Positions 19,873 through 30,318 of a stretch of DNA of 60,672 bases are shown here, one piece after another (the first letter of the stretch is position 1; each line of letters starts with the position of its first letter). Made by a program: the position numbers and the translations under genes. Source of the DNA: a virus (Duplodnaviria > Caudoviricetes); the IMG/VR virus record IMGVR_UViG_3300025160_000007, positions 1-60,672 of that record. One strand, given 5' to 3'. The notes beneath the pieces are model-generated. The model saw only the letters and a program-made list of their open reading frames with translations, was not told the DNA's origin and ran no database searches.

Positions 19873-20532
19873 ATGGAGGTTTATATGAATTTGAAACGAT
19901 TTTTTAGTTTATTGTTGTTTGCACCATTAATTCCTTTGGTTGGAGTGCCTGGTGAAGGCGGAGAAGCTGGAGCGGCAGGCGGTGAAAATGCAGAGGGCGA
20001 CGAGGGCAAAAATACAAACCTCGATGGCGAATCCAACGATGGGGAAAAAGGGCAAAAACAAGAGTCTACATTTTCTTCACAGGCTGATTTTGACAAAGCT
20101 TTTGAAAGAAGAATGGCCCGGGAAAGAAAGAAAATGGAGACTGAGTTTAACACTAAGCTTGAAAGAGAAAAAATGGATGAGACCCAAAAAGCAAAGGCAG
20201 AAAAGGCCGATGCAGAATTAAAAGCAACTGAGGCAATTAAGAAAGCAAACTCGCGATTAATAAAAAGCGAAGTTAATCTCAAATCAGTTGAACTTGGAAT
20301 TATAGATGCCGAGGCTGCATATGCCCTAGTCAACAAAGAAGATATTGATGTTGATGACCATGGCAATGTAACGGGTATTGAAGCGGCTTTAAAATCTTTA
20401 ATTACAAGAAAACCATATTTAGTAAAACCTGCAGAACAGCAACATCAAAAAGCGGGAGATGACCAAAGTTCATCAACCAAAAAAAATAATTTTAATATCA
20501 ATGATATGTTCAGAAAAGCTGCTGGCAGGTAA
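19873..20532 (+). CDS. Capsid scaffolding protein
   Basis: Acidic/Gly N-terminus, TFSSQADFDK..ERRMARERKK, coiled coil, KPYL, NDMFRKAAGR; directly before MCP. Confidence 0.85.
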   Translation: MEVYMNLKRFFSLLLFAPLIPLVGVPGEGGEAGAAGGENAEGDEGKNTNLDGESNDGEKGQKQESTFSSQADFDKAFERRMARERKKMETEFNTKLEREKMDETQKAKAEKADAELKATEAIKKANSRLIKSEVNLKSVELGIIDAEAAYALVNKEDIDVDDHGNVTGIEAALKSLITRKPYLVKPAEQQHQKAGDDQSSSTKKNNFNINDMFRKAAGR

Positions 20533-20552
20533 ATTAAAAAAATAATAAAGAG

Positions 20553-21542
20553 GTGTATTTTATGTCAACTTATATCCCAAGGACAGGAGCCGAGGCTCTT
20601 ATGCCAGAAGAATATACAAGAGAGATTCTTGAAAGCGTACCAGAGTCAAGTTCTGTCATGAGCTTAGGTTATAGAGCTCCAAATATGTCCAGAGCTCAAA
20701 GAAGAATGCCTGTATTATCTGTTTTACCCACAGCATACTTTACAAATCCAGGCCCTGGAGACGTTGGAGATTTGGGCTGGAAGAAAACAACAAGATTAAT
20801 GTGGGAAAATAAATACCTTGACGCTGAAGAATTGAATGTAATTGTAGCAATTCCCGAGGCGGTTTTGGACGACGCTGATTATGACATATGGGGTGAAGTT
20901 AAACCAAAGCTCCTTGAAGCATATGGCTTAGCATTTGACCAAGCTGTCTATTATGGCGTTAACGCTCCTGCAGTATGGCCAACAAATATCGTCGCAGCAG
21001 CAACTGCCGCTGGTAATTGGGTATCTGCTCCAGTAGGAACAAATGATTGGTATGATGTAATACTTGGAGAAGATGGTCTTGTTGCTAAAGTTGAAGAGGA
21101 CGGTTATATGGTTAATGGTTATGTTTCTGCCTTAACTATGAGGGGTAAACTAAGAGGGCTGAGAGATAGCAATAAACAGCCAATATTTAAGCCAATTACA
21201 AGAGAAGGCGTTCAAGGCCCATCCAGATATGAGTTAGATGGGGAATTAATGTATTTCCCAAAAAACGGTGCAATAATTCCAGATAGAAGCTTGCTTATTG
21301 CCGGAGACTGGTCAAAGTTAATTTATTCAATTAGAAAAGATATTACTTGGAAAATCATGACTGAGGCTGTTATCCAAGACCCAGTTACTGGAGAGATTGT
21401 ATACAATCTGGCTCAACAGAATATGGTTGGACTTAGAAGTTGCATGAGAATTGCGTGGCAGGTTCCGAATCCTATTAATAGGGTGAATGAGGATGAAGAT
21501 AGCAGATATCCATTCAGCGTTTTAGGTAATCTTGGAAGCTAA
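20553..21542 (+). CDS. Major capsid protein
   Basis: ALMPEEYTREI, MPVLSVLPTAYF, AEELNVIVAIPEAVLDD, NLAQQNMVGLR. Confidence 0.9.
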   Translation: MYFMSTYIPRTGAEALMPEEYTREILESVPESSSVMSLGYRAPNMSRAQRRMPVLSVLPTAYFTNPGPGDVGDLGWKKTTRLMWENKYLDAEELNVIVAIPEAVLDDADYDIWGEVKPKLLEAYGLAFDQAVYYGVNAPAVWPTNIVAAATAAGNWVSAPVGTNDWYDVILGEDGLVAKVEEDGYMVNGYVSALTMRGKLRGLRDSNKQPIFKPITREGVQGPSRYELDGELMYFPKNGAIIPDRSLLIAGDWSKLIYSIRKDITWKIMTEAVIQDPVTGEIVYNLAQQNMVGLRSCMRIAWQVPNPINRVNEDEDSRYPFSVLGNLGS

Positions 21543-21573
21543 TATTTAATAAATAAATTAAAGAGGTTAGATT

Positions 21574-21837
21574 ATGAAAGTTAAATTTTTGAAAAAGGGA
21601 ATATACAGAGGCACTCAATATCCAAAAGATTCTATCGTTGAAATGGCCAATATGGACATGAAGGCATTTATCGATTGTAAAGTTGTCGAACTGTATAGAC
21701 GTGAAAAGAAAGTTAAAGCAATAGAAGAGATGGGATATAAAGAACTTAGAGTTCTTTGTAAAGAAAAAGGTCTTCCAGCTGTTGGAAGTAAGGAAGAATT
21801 AGCTTTGTCTTTAAAAGGATTAACAATTAATAAATAA
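21574..21837 (+). CDS. Small SAP/HeH-like domain protein
   Basis: MGYKELRVLCKEKGLPAVGSKEEL; follows MCP. Confidence 0.6.
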   Translation: MKVKFLKKGIYRGTQYPKDSIVEMANMDMKAFIDCKVVELYRREKKVKAIEEMGYKELRVLCKEKGLPAVGSKEELALSLKGLTINK

Positions 21838-21853
21838 AAGTTAATGATGGAGG

Positions 21854-22273
21854 TTGGAAATGTATATTACAAGTACAGAATATAATACATTAACAGGACG
21901 CCCGGCATTAGAAGCAAATACTATCAGACTAACAATTGCATGTAAATTATTAGACTCAAGAATAGGCAATTATCCAATAAACACAGATGGTTATAAAATA
22001 TCATCTGCATGGGTACTTTATACTGAGGGTGAAAATGTAACTTTACATCAATCTAAAATAGATGCTGTAAAAATGTGGGTCGCCACAATGATATCTTATT
22101 TAACTGATAATAATAATAAGCCACCCTCTTCAGCTAATAACTTAAAGCTTGGAAGATTTAGTGTAGGGAAAGCTGGGTCAATTGGAGATTCCTTTTTACC
22201 CGCTGAATTAGGTTATGCTGATAGCATTTTAGTATCTTCCGGAATAATTAACAGGAAGGTAAAAATGGGATGA
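21854..22273 (+). CDS. Head-tail adaptor protein
   Basis: Synteny; MYIT..EY and LGRFSV motifs. Confidence 0.65.
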   Translation: MEMYITSTEYNTLTGRPALEANTIRLTIACKLLDSRIGNYPINTDGYKISSAWVLYTEGENVTLHQSKIDAVKMWVATMISYLTDNNNKPPSSANNLKLGRFSVGKAGSIGDSFLPAELGYADSILVSSGIINRKVKMG

Positions 22274-22611
22274 GTTTAGCTGAATTTGTAAGTATGATGA
22301 CACATGATGTTGTCTTAAAAAAAAGGAAAAGAAGTTCTAGCGGCGACTTTTCTGTTGTTTCAACATCTCCGAGTTTAAAAGGTTTTGTGCAATATGGAAA
22401 CTTTTTAGTAACAACCGAAAAGGGAGAAGAGGTAAAAGCCACTGCCCTTGTATTTTTGCAAGATGATTGTGGGATTGACGTTAATTATCCATATTGGATG
22501 ATTGACCAAACAGCTCCTCAAGTTAGAGGCGATATGGAGGTCATAAAGATTGATCCCGTCTCAAACCCTTTAACTGGGAATACACATCATTTTGAATGTG
22601 CTGTTAGATAG
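22270..22611 (+). CDS. Head closure/stopper protein
   Basis: Synteny; C-terminal HHFE. Confidence 0.6.
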   Translation: MSLAEFVSMMTHDVVLKKRKRSSSGDFSVVSTSPSLKGFVQYGNFLVTTEKGEEVKATALVFLQDDCGIDVNYPYWMIDQTAPQVRGDMEVIKIDPVSNPLTGNTHHFECAVR

Positions 22612-22636
22612 AAAGATAATGAAAGGATGATTAAGG

Positions 22637-23005
22637 ATGTCATGGACTAGATGGAACGGGCCTTCAATTAAAAGGAAAATTAGAGAAGCCACAATAAATA
22701 CCGTCGTTAAAACAGGCGACGTTGTTTTATCCGCTTCAAAACAAGAAGTGCCACTGGATGATGGTTTTTTATTGCGGTCAGGAATAGTTGTATTAAAGCA
22801 TGATAATGTTCCTGTTGCTATTATTAGCTTTGGTGGAGGCCCTGGAACTGGACATCCTCAAATCCCCTATGCAAGAAGATGGCATGAAAATCAGGCAAAT
22901 TTTCAGCACGGTCGTAAATGGAAATATTTAAAAGACCCTTTTAATCGGCTGGCCTCAAGTAGTTTAACAAGAATATTAGAGGCAGAGTTAAGGAGGATTT
23001 TATGA
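22637..23005 (+). CDS. Neck/tail completion protein (HK97 gp10-like)
   Basis: VPLDDGFLLRSG, PYARRWHE, KYLKDP. Confidence 0.75.
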   Translation: MSWTRWNGPSIKRKIREATINTVVKTGDVVLSASKQEVPLDDGFLLRSGIVVLKHDNVPVAIISFGGGPGTGHPQIPYARRWHENQANFQHGRKWKYLKDPFNRLASSSLTRILEAELRRIL

Positions 23006-23412
23006 GTATTGCTTTTGACATGTTGAAATATTTAGAATTAAAGGGATTAGGTGTTGAGGGAATAAATTTATTTTTAGGGTTTGAGCCTGAGTCACCAGAT
23101 AATTGTATTACTATATATGATGAGTCGGCTTCTACAATTCCCGAATCTGCGTGTTTATCTGTTGATAGTTTAGGCATCCAGATTACGGTACGAAATAATA
23201 ATTATGCCTTAGCAGAACAAATATCAAGAAGTATTCACAAGAGAATTGTAGGATTTGGGGGAGCGGCTTTAGTGCCGGGCGGAGAAATAGTATCTTATTT
23301 AACCGTTGAAACAGCTCCCAATAGTTTGGGAAAAGATATTAAAGGGCGAAATCAATGGTCGGCCCATTATGTTGTTAGGGCCGAATCTAGTGATGATGCC
23401 TTTAGATTATAA
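23002..23412 (+). CDS. Tail terminator protein
   Basis: PESPDNCITIYD, IQITVR, LGKDIKGR; synteny. Confidence 0.7.
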   Translation: MSIAFDMLKYLELKGLGVEGINLFLGFEPESPDNCITIYDESASTIPESACLSVDSLGIQITVRNNNYALAEQISRSIHKRIVGFGGAALVPGGEIVSYLTVETAPNSLGKDIKGRNQWSAHYVVRAESSDDAFRL

Positions 23413-23429
23413 ATAAAGGGGATGAAATT

Positions 23430-23855
23430 ATGCCAGAAGTTAAATTTGCCAGAACGCAAATAATGGTGGATAACGAGATAGTCGCAAAAGTTACATCTTT
23501 TAATAGGGACGTAGCAATTGCCGAGGAGGATATCACGGGCTCCGAAGATTATATTGCCGGAACTAATGTTTTACATCAACAGTTTGCAAGTATATCCGTC
23601 GGAGAAACTGCAGCGGTTGAGGGAATTGCTATTGAATCTGCTGCCGCTGGTCTTGATGATGGACAGTCAGAATTAAGGGATTCGGCAGAAACCGGAGCAA
23701 TGGTAACAATGAGACATGTTAGACACACCGGATATGGTTATGTTTTAACAGGTTTCTTTACTGCCTATTCAGAAAATGGAAATACTGGAGAAGTATATAA
23801 ATATAAAGGAACTTTCAGGGTTAATAGTAAAGTAGCTATAACACCAGGAAGCTAA
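23430..23855 (+). CDS. Major tail tube protein
   Basis: Synteny before chaperone and tape measure; beta-rich, 141 aa. Confidence 0.7.
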   Translation: MPEVKFARTQIMVDNEIVAKVTSFNRDVAIAEEDITGSEDYIAGTNVLHQQFASISVGETAAVEGIAIESAAAGLDDGQSELRDSAETGAMVTMRHVRHTGYGYVLTGFFTAYSENGNTGEVYKYKGTFRVNSKVAITPGS

Positions 23856-23885
23856 TAAAATTAATAAAGCGGAGGGAATAAATTA

Positions 23886-24565
23886 ATGGATAAGAAATTG
23901 AAAAGCAATGAGGAAAGAGAAGCCTTTCTTGAAGAAAAGTTCGAACAAATACAAGAAGAGCAGGAAGCGGGCCTCTTGCTAGACTTTGACAAAGCAATAG
24001 AAGAAAAACAAGCAAAGCCATTTACAATTAAAATTTTAGGCAAATTCTATAATATACCAAAGCAAATGCCTTTTAAATTTGCTACATTCTTTTTTAGACA
24101 TTGCTATAAAAAGGTAAATGGTAAATTAACAGTTGATGTTCCAGAGGAAAAGCTGTTTCTATTTATTCAGCTTATGTTTGGGAATGAGATGTTAGTAGCT
24201 TTGGAACATTCTAATGTATCTGTCGAAGATGTTTTTGATACTTTAGCTTTAGAAATCCTTAGTAAATGGGGATATGATATCAAGGGTAAAAAAGGAAATG
24301 CAGCTAATACTGAAAAAAAAACCTAGACCCTCGCATAGTTATTTGGGGATGGGCTTCTCTGGAGGCTGATTTTATGCGATTTTATAAAATTGATTTAGTT
24401 GAAGAGGGTTTCAATGATAAGTTAACATGGCGCAGATTTTTAGTATTTATAAGAGGGCTTCCAGAGGATTCCTCTTTTAATTATTTTTGCAAGAATAAAG
24501 AGAACAGGGATTTTGTTGAATATGATGATGAAATAATAGAAAAAGAAATAAAAAGATTGAAGTGA
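23886..24565 (+). CDS. Tail assembly chaperone (23886-24326) with -1 frameshift extension to 24565
   Basis: A9 run at 24313-24321 just before TAG; the -1 frame is open: NLDPRIVIWGWASLEADFMRFYKIDL... Confidence 0.8.
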
Positions 24566-24574
24566 GGCGATTAA

Positions 24575-27500
24575 ATGAGCTTATTATTAGGAGAAATTAA
24601 TGTAAATATAAGGGCCGATAATAGCAGGTTTAATGCAGATTTAGACACAGCTGAAAATCGCGGTCGAAGATTTTCGGGTGATTTATCTAACAATGTCTTA
24701 AATCTATCGCAACAAATCGGAGAGGCTGGGCGTTCAATTGGAACAAACTTTTCCAAGGTTGGAGGGGTTATGCAGGCCGCTGGACAGTCTATCCAAGCCG
24801 TCGGAGCCAGTCTTATAAAATACATTACCCTTCCTTTGGCGGCTGCTGGAGTTGCTATATTTAAATTTGGGAAAGACTTTGAATATGAATTAAGTAAGGT
24901 CGTCGGGCTTGTTGGTGTTTCAAGAGACCAAGTTTCTGCATGGGGAGATGAAATTTTAGACTTAGCTCCTAAAATTGGAAGACCACCAAAGGAGCTCGCT
25001 GAGGCTTTGTTTTTCGTAACATCTGCAGGCATAAAAGGAGCCGAAGCCATGGATATTCTTGAAGCTTCGGGAAAGGCTGCAGCGGTTGGAATGGGCGAAA
25101 CTAAAACTATTGCCGACTTAGTAACATCAGCGATGAATGCCTATGGAAAGGAAAACTTAAGCGCGGCCCAGGCGGTTGATATAATTACAAACGCTGTGCG
25201 TGAAGGAAAGGCTGAGGCTTCGGAGATGGCTTCAAGTATGGGTCAAGTATTACCGCTCGCCACCGAGATGGGCGTTTCTTTTGACCAAGTAGCGGCGGCT
25301 CAAGCGGCAATGACAAGAACCGGAACAAATGCCAGTGAAGCTGCTACTCATTTAAAAAGCATCTTTGCAGGAATGTTAAAGCCCGCTAAACAGGCAGAGG
25401 AACAGCTAAAAGCAATGGGAACAAGTAGTTCCGAAATGCGAAGAAAGATAAGGGAAGACGGATTATTGTCTGCTTTAACTGATTTAAGAAATATGACCAA
25501 CAAATATGGCGAAGAGGCCATGGCTCGTGTTTATCCAAACATTAGGGCCTTAATAGGCGTTTTGGATTTAATGGGAGCTAATTCTAAGGAGAATGCGGTC
25601 ATATTTGAACATCTGGCAGATTCTACCGGCATTCTTGATGAGGCCTTTCAATCAGCATCGGAAACTCTAGACTTTAAATGGAACCAGGCAATATCAAAAG
25701 TTCAAGCCACGGCGATTAGCTTTTTTGATATTCTTAGAGCTCGGTTAATTCCAGTTTTAGAGACAGTTATTAGAGTTCTTGATTTTGTTGTTGAAAAATT
25801 CCAAGGGTTATCTGAGCCAATTCAAAATGCAATATTAAGTTTTGCAGGAATTGCTTTTATAATTGGGCCGATTGTTTTAGGGCTTGGAACGGCTATCGTT
25901 ATGTTAGGCTCTACCATTGCAGCCGTTGGAACAATAATAACAGTGGTTAGTTCTATTATTGCCACAGTTGGAATTCCGGTTATCCTAGCAATTGTGGCAG
26001 CGGCTTATATAGTAGTTGACTCCTTATTAGTTCTTATAGGAACTTTTGTTCTTCTTTGGAAAACTAACGAAGATTTTAGAACTAAAGTTTTAGATACCTG
26101 GAATTCAATCAAGGAAAACGGAAAGATAATATTTGAAGAACTTAAAACAACAATTATATATATCTTTAATGCTATTCAAGAATTTTGGTCAAAACATGGA
26201 GAGGATATATCCAGCATTCTAGGTGCTGTGTGGGATGACATCCTTGATATAATAAAATTTGCTACTGAATCAATAAAAAACGTGGTTCTTCTTTTTGGAG
26301 CCGTTGTTAAGGGAGACTGGGGTGGTATTTGGGAAGCCATGAAAGGCCAGTTATTTAATATTCTTGACCTTATGAACGCAACTGTTGGAGAAAAGTTCAA
26401 TGCAATGACTGCTGTTATTTTGGAAAAGCTTGGAGAGACTAAAAATCAATTAAAGACAGACTTTGACGAAATGAATGAAACCGTTGGAACAAAACTTAAT
26501 ACGATGGCATCTGTAGTATCTGAGAAGTTTACAACTATTAAGGCCCAACTGAAAACAGACTTCGAAGAGATGAAAACAGAAATAAGTGTCTGGATAACTG
26601 AACTTCCGGAAAGATTCCGAGAAGGCTTTGAATTAGTTAAGGCAGCCATTATAGAAAAATTTACAGAAACAAAAGAATCAATAATAATAAAGCTTGAAGA
26701 ATGGAAACTTTCAATAATAGAATGGTTTACTAATATGCCAACAGTTATCAAAGAACTTTTATCCGCATGGGGAGCTGCAATAGTTGAGTGGACAACCGCC
26801 CAAAATGAAGAAAATATAAAGCAGTTTACAATTTGGGCGGATGCCATAAGTGAATGGTTCTTATCTATCCCTGGGAAAATAAGCGAACTTCTGGAAACAT
26901 GGAAAACGAGCATTGTTGAATGGTTTGATAGTACAAAGGAAAAAATAATAGAAAAATTAACAGGCTGGTGGGAAGGAATAACAGTTTGGTTCCAAGAGGC
27001 TCCGGGGAAAATTACGGGATTTTTTGAGGCTTGGTGGGAAAGTATTAAAACATGGTTCGAAGAAACTAAAAATAAAATAACCTCTAAGCTTGATGGTTGG
27101 TGGGAAAGTATAAAGATATGGTTCCAAGAGGCACCGGGAAAAATTACAGGATTCCTTGAGAGCTGGTGGAGCAACATGAAAAAATGGTTTGAAGAAACTA
27201 AAAATAAAATACAGGGAAAACTTGAAGAATGGTGGTCAGCTATAAGAGCATGGTTTAATGGATTAGCAAGTAAACCAGAAGTTAGAAATGCAGGCCAAAA
27301 TATGATTAAAAAAGTAAGCGACGGAACTAAGGACAAGAAAGGCGATTTCATCGATAAGTTAGGTAAATTAATTATTGATGTTGCTGGCGCTGCCATAATG
27401 TTCGCGGGAGTTGCTTTGCTGGCGGCAGGTAGAGAACTAGTAAAAAGGATGATAAAAGGAATAGGCGAGGTGAACTTAAGAGAGTCAGGTCAAAAAATTG

Positions 27501-27892
27501 TAAATAGCTTAATTAGTGGAATAAAAAGCAAGTACAGTGATGTGACAAAAGTTGTCAGGGAATTAGCGACAAGAATAAGAGATTTTTTTCCGTTCTCGCC
27601 AGCTAAAGACGGCCCATTGAAAGACCTTGATAAAATTGATTTTTTTAGTTCAATAAATAAATCTTTAATGAATGCAACAAGTAAATTGGATTTACCTAGT
27701 TTGAAATTAGGAGAAAAGATAATGAATAATTTATCTCAAACTCCTTCATTTGATAGGGCCGCGTCCTTTGGAACGGCAGCAAATGCTATTAATATAACTG
27801 GGCCTATGAATTTTTATGGTGTTGAAGATGTCCCTGCATTTATGCAAGAAATGAGAACAACAATAAAAAGATATGGAGGTAAATTTATATGA
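24575..27892 (+). CDS. Tail tape measure protein
   Basis: 1105 aa, TP901-like N-terminal region, periodic Trp/Phe repeats, FFPFSPAKDGPL. Confidence 0.92.
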   Translation: MSLLLGEINVNIRADNSRFNADLDTAENRGRRFSGDLSNNVLNLSQQIGEAGRSIGTNFSKVGGVMQAAGQSIQAVGASLIKYITLPLAAAGVAIFKFGKDFEYELSKVVGLVGVSRDQVSAWGDEILDLAPKIGRPPKELAEALFFVTSAGIKGAEAMDILEASGKAAAVGMGETKTIADLVTSAMNAYGKENLSAAQAVDIITNAVREGKAEASEMASSMGQVLPLATEMGVSFDQVAAAQAAMTRTGTNASEAATHLKSIFAGMLKPAKQAEEQLKAMGTSSSEMRRKIREDGLLSALTDLRNMTNKYGEEAMARVYPNIRALIGVLDLMGANSKENAVIFEHLADSTGILDEAFQSASETLDFKWNQAISKVQATAISFFDILRARLIPVLETVIRVLDFVVEKFQGLSEPIQNAILSFAGIAFIIGPIVLGLGTAIVMLGSTIAAVGTIITVVSSIIATVGIPVILAIVAAAYIVVDSLLVLIGTFVLLWKTNEDFRTKVLDTWNSIKENGKIIFEELKTTIIYIFNAIQEFWSKHGEDISSILGAVWDDILDIIKFATESIKNVVLLFGAVVKGDWGGIWEAMKGQLFNILDLMNATVGEKFNAMTAVILEKLGETKNQLKTDFDEMNETVGTKLNTMASVVSEKFTTIKAQLKTDFEEMKTEISVWITELPERFREGFELVKAAIIEKFTETKESIIIKLEEWKLSIIEWFTNMPTVIKELLSAWGAAIVEWTTAQNEENIKQFTIWADAISEWFLSIPGKISELLETWKTSIVEWFDSTKEKIIEKLTGWWEGITVWFQEAPGKITGFFEAWWESIKTWFEETKNKITSKLDGWWESIKIWFQEAPGKITGFLESWWSNMKKWFEETKNKIQGKLEEWWSAIRAWFNGLASKPEVRNAGQNMIKKVSDGTKDKKGDFIDKLGKLIIDVAGAAIMFAGVALLAAGRELVKRMIKGIGEVNLRESGQKIVNSLISGIKSKYSDVTKVVRELATRIRDFFPFSPAKDGPLKDLDKIDFFSSINKSLMNATSKLDLPSLKLGEKIMNNLSQTPSFDRAASFGTAANAINITGPMNFYGVEDVPAFMQEMRTTIKRYGGKFI

Positions 27893-29475
27893 GTTTTAGA
27901 GTAACAATTGATAATAATTTACCTACCAATGAAAATAATAATTTTGGATTCCCAGATGGAGTTGTTGTAAAAACTAAAACCTTAAATATAAATACAACAA
28001 TGAGCGAAAGAAGTGTGGCCTCTTTTATTCTCCTTGATAGAATACCTGTTGGATTCCATTTTAACCAAATAATAGGAAGACCTGTTCAAATATGGGAATA
28101 TATTGATGGGCCCTTTGATAATATTAATTCATGGGAGTTGATATTCGCGGGCCAGGTTGATGAACCCGAAACAAGCAATGTAAACCGTCTTATTTTTAGG
28201 AATGCAATAGTTTGTATAGACCATCATGCAATATGCGACCGGATAGCTGTTAATCAAAGCTATCCAAAAATTAACATTGATGAATTAGTAAAGTTAATTA
28301 TAGACGATTATCTGACTGAAGATGGTATTTGGTATGATTCAACTTCAATTCAATCAACGACCAAAGAGGTTCAAATAGTTTGTCCATATGTATTCTGCAC
28401 ACAAATTTTTAACGAATTATCGGCTCTCCTTAATTGGACATGGAAAATAACTCCCGATAAGAAGTTTTATTTTAATGATGGGAGTTCTAATGTTGCGGCA
28501 GCGATTGTTGAAACCCGTGGGCAATTGGCTCATTCAATAAATGTAAAATTAGATAGGTCTGATTATAGGAATGTTCAAATATTAAAAGAAGTTAAATGTG
28601 AAGTAGAGGCCTTATTAGAGATATCACAACCTTATCCCGATGGAGTAAATATGGTTTATCAAGTTTTATATGAGATACAATATAAGCCACGTTTATTCAT
28701 AACAACATGGGCCAACAAGAGCCATCCATTGCCAGCTGAGGAGGTTGACCCGGCCACAATAGGTATTTATGGACTTGACGAGGCGGGAACCTATGCCTGG
28801 TATTGGAACAAAAATCAAAAAACTGTTTATCATGATGGAGCAGAGGCTCCTATTGCCATAAACCTATATTTAGTTATTGAATATATTCCAATTTTAGAAT
28901 TTGATATAATTAGGACAGATGCTGCAGAAATTGCGAATAGAAAATTAGTTGAGGGTGGAAGCGGAATTTATACGGACGTTATGTCTGGCTCGGATTTATA
29001 CGGCGAAATTCTGGCTGAGGAAAAAGGCGATGCTCTTTTACAAAGATATGCCAGAATTGCTAAAAAGATAAGCTTTAGCAGTTTTGATAATTATAAAACT
29101 GGAGAAATTAGAGATGTTATATTCCCAAGTTATAATATAAATAGTTTAACATCTGAAGGAGCTGGATATTTAGTTTGGAGTGTTTCAATTAGGGATATAG
29201 GAACACCAAAATTATTAAGAGCTATTGAATTAATTGATGGAGAGCCAGTTGGTGGCTGGATAGCATTTTTTAAAAAGATGTTATCTACAGAAAACTATTT
29301 TGAAATAAGAACTGATTTAACAATTAGTATTCAAATTATAGAATCTGAGGCTGTTGATTATTCGGAAGTTTTAAACATCTTAAGAATTGATTCTTTATAT
29401 CCGGCGGTCGATTTATATCCAGCAGTCGACTTATATCCGGGGACTCAAGTATCATCTAACAATTATTCTAATTAA
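27889..29475 (+). CDS. Tail tip/baseplate hub protein
   Basis: Follows TMP; WKITPDKKFYF; C-terminal LYPAVD repeats. Confidence 0.6.
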   Translation: MSFRVTIDNNLPTNENNNFGFPDGVVVKTKTLNINTTMSERSVASFILLDRIPVGFHFNQIIGRPVQIWEYIDGPFDNINSWELIFAGQVDEPETSNVNRLIFRNAIVCIDHHAICDRIAVNQSYPKINIDELVKLIIDDYLTEDGIWYDSTSIQSTTKEVQIVCPYVFCTQIFNELSALLNWTWKITPDKKFYFNDGSSNVAAAIVETRGQLAHSINVKLDRSDYRNVQILKEVKCEVEALLEISQPYPDGVNMVYQVLYEIQYKPRLFITTWANKSHPLPAEEVDPATIGIYGLDEAGTYAWYWNKNQKTVYHDGAEAPIAINLYLVIEYIPILEFDIIRTDAAEIANRKLVEGGSGIYTDVMSGSDLYGEILAEEKGDALLQRYARIAKKISFSSFDNYKTGEIRDVIFPSYNINSLTSEGAGYLVWSVSIRDIGTPKLLRAIELIDGEPVGGWIAFFKKMLSTENYFEIRTDLTISIQIIESEAVDYSEVLNILRIDSLYPAVDLYPAVDLYPGTQVSSNNYSN

Positions 29476-29487
29476 GGAGGTGACAAC

Positions 29488-29991
29488 TTGGAAACTAAAT
29501 TTAAAATGAGTGGACTTGTAGAAATTAAAAAATTTAAAGATGGAAAATGTGTCTCAAAGACTATAAAGAAGAACAACATAATGGATGATGCCTTAGATGA
29601 ATTAATAAAAAGTTTTTATTCAGTAGCAAACAGCAACATGCTTTTTATGCATATTGCCTTTGGAGATGATGACACGCCAAATACCGATGATATGGGAACT
29701 CTGGTTAACGAATATTATAGAATACAAATATTAAGTAAAAGAAGAACAAATGTTGGAGTCGTCCAAATAAGAGCTGTAATGACCGACTTAGAGCCGGCCC
29801 ATATGGGAGCAGCCTGTACGATAAAAGAGGTGGGTCTTTTTGGAGGCTCTGGCTCTTATGATTACAATCCGCTGGCAATTGGAAATCATTTAAATACTGG
29901 GCTTTTAATATCGAGGGTTGTTGTTGATGAGGTTAAAGACACTTTTGAACAAATACAAATAACATGGACTATTACATTAGAAAGGGGGTAA
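29488..29991 (+). CDS. Minor tail/baseplate protein
   Basis: KNNI, IAFGDD, IKEVGLF, QITWTITL. Confidence 0.6.
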   Translation: METKFKMSGLVEIKKFKDGKCVSKTIKKNNIMDDALDELIKSFYSVANSNMLFMHIAFGDDDTPNTDDMGTLVNEYYRIQILSKRRTNVGVVQIRAVMTDLEPAHMGAACTIKEVGLFGGSGSYDYNPLAIGNHLNTGLLISRVVVDEVKDTFEQIQITWTITLERG

Positions 29992-30318
29992 TAAATAAAT
30001 GAAAAGATATAAAGTTGCTTTTGATATTGAGGCAGAAAAAAAGAAAGTTGAAGTAACTGTTGAATCTTCGGTTAAGGATAAACCTGTATTTGAAAAAGTT
30101 TACCCAGAATTTTGTAAGTTTTTTCTAGACCAATTCGGGGACAAACTTAATTTCACTCAAGAAGAAATAATAAGCAATGGTAAAAAATTGTTAGTTTTGG
30201 AGATAGATGTTCCAAGGAGTAGTAATTTAAAAAGATGTTCACATTCCGAAGATAGAGCTATTTTAAACCCAATAGAGACTGATAAGGTTGTTATTCCAAA
30301 AGAGGAGGTTGATATTTA

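Noticed and set aside
26940-27250. Near-identical nucleotide repeats in the tape measure gene as a DGR template/variable pair
   Set aside because: They are in-frame Trp-periodic protein repeats, and no reverse transcriptase is present
26446-27396. 316-aa minus-strand ORF and other antisense ORFs in the track (e.g. 1534-1926, 19881-20366, 24571-25050)
   Set aside because: Shadow frames opposite well-supported genes, with no recognisable motifs
29395-29439. LYPAVD x3 repeat
   Set aside because: A short low-complexity motif of a kind common in phage tail proteins
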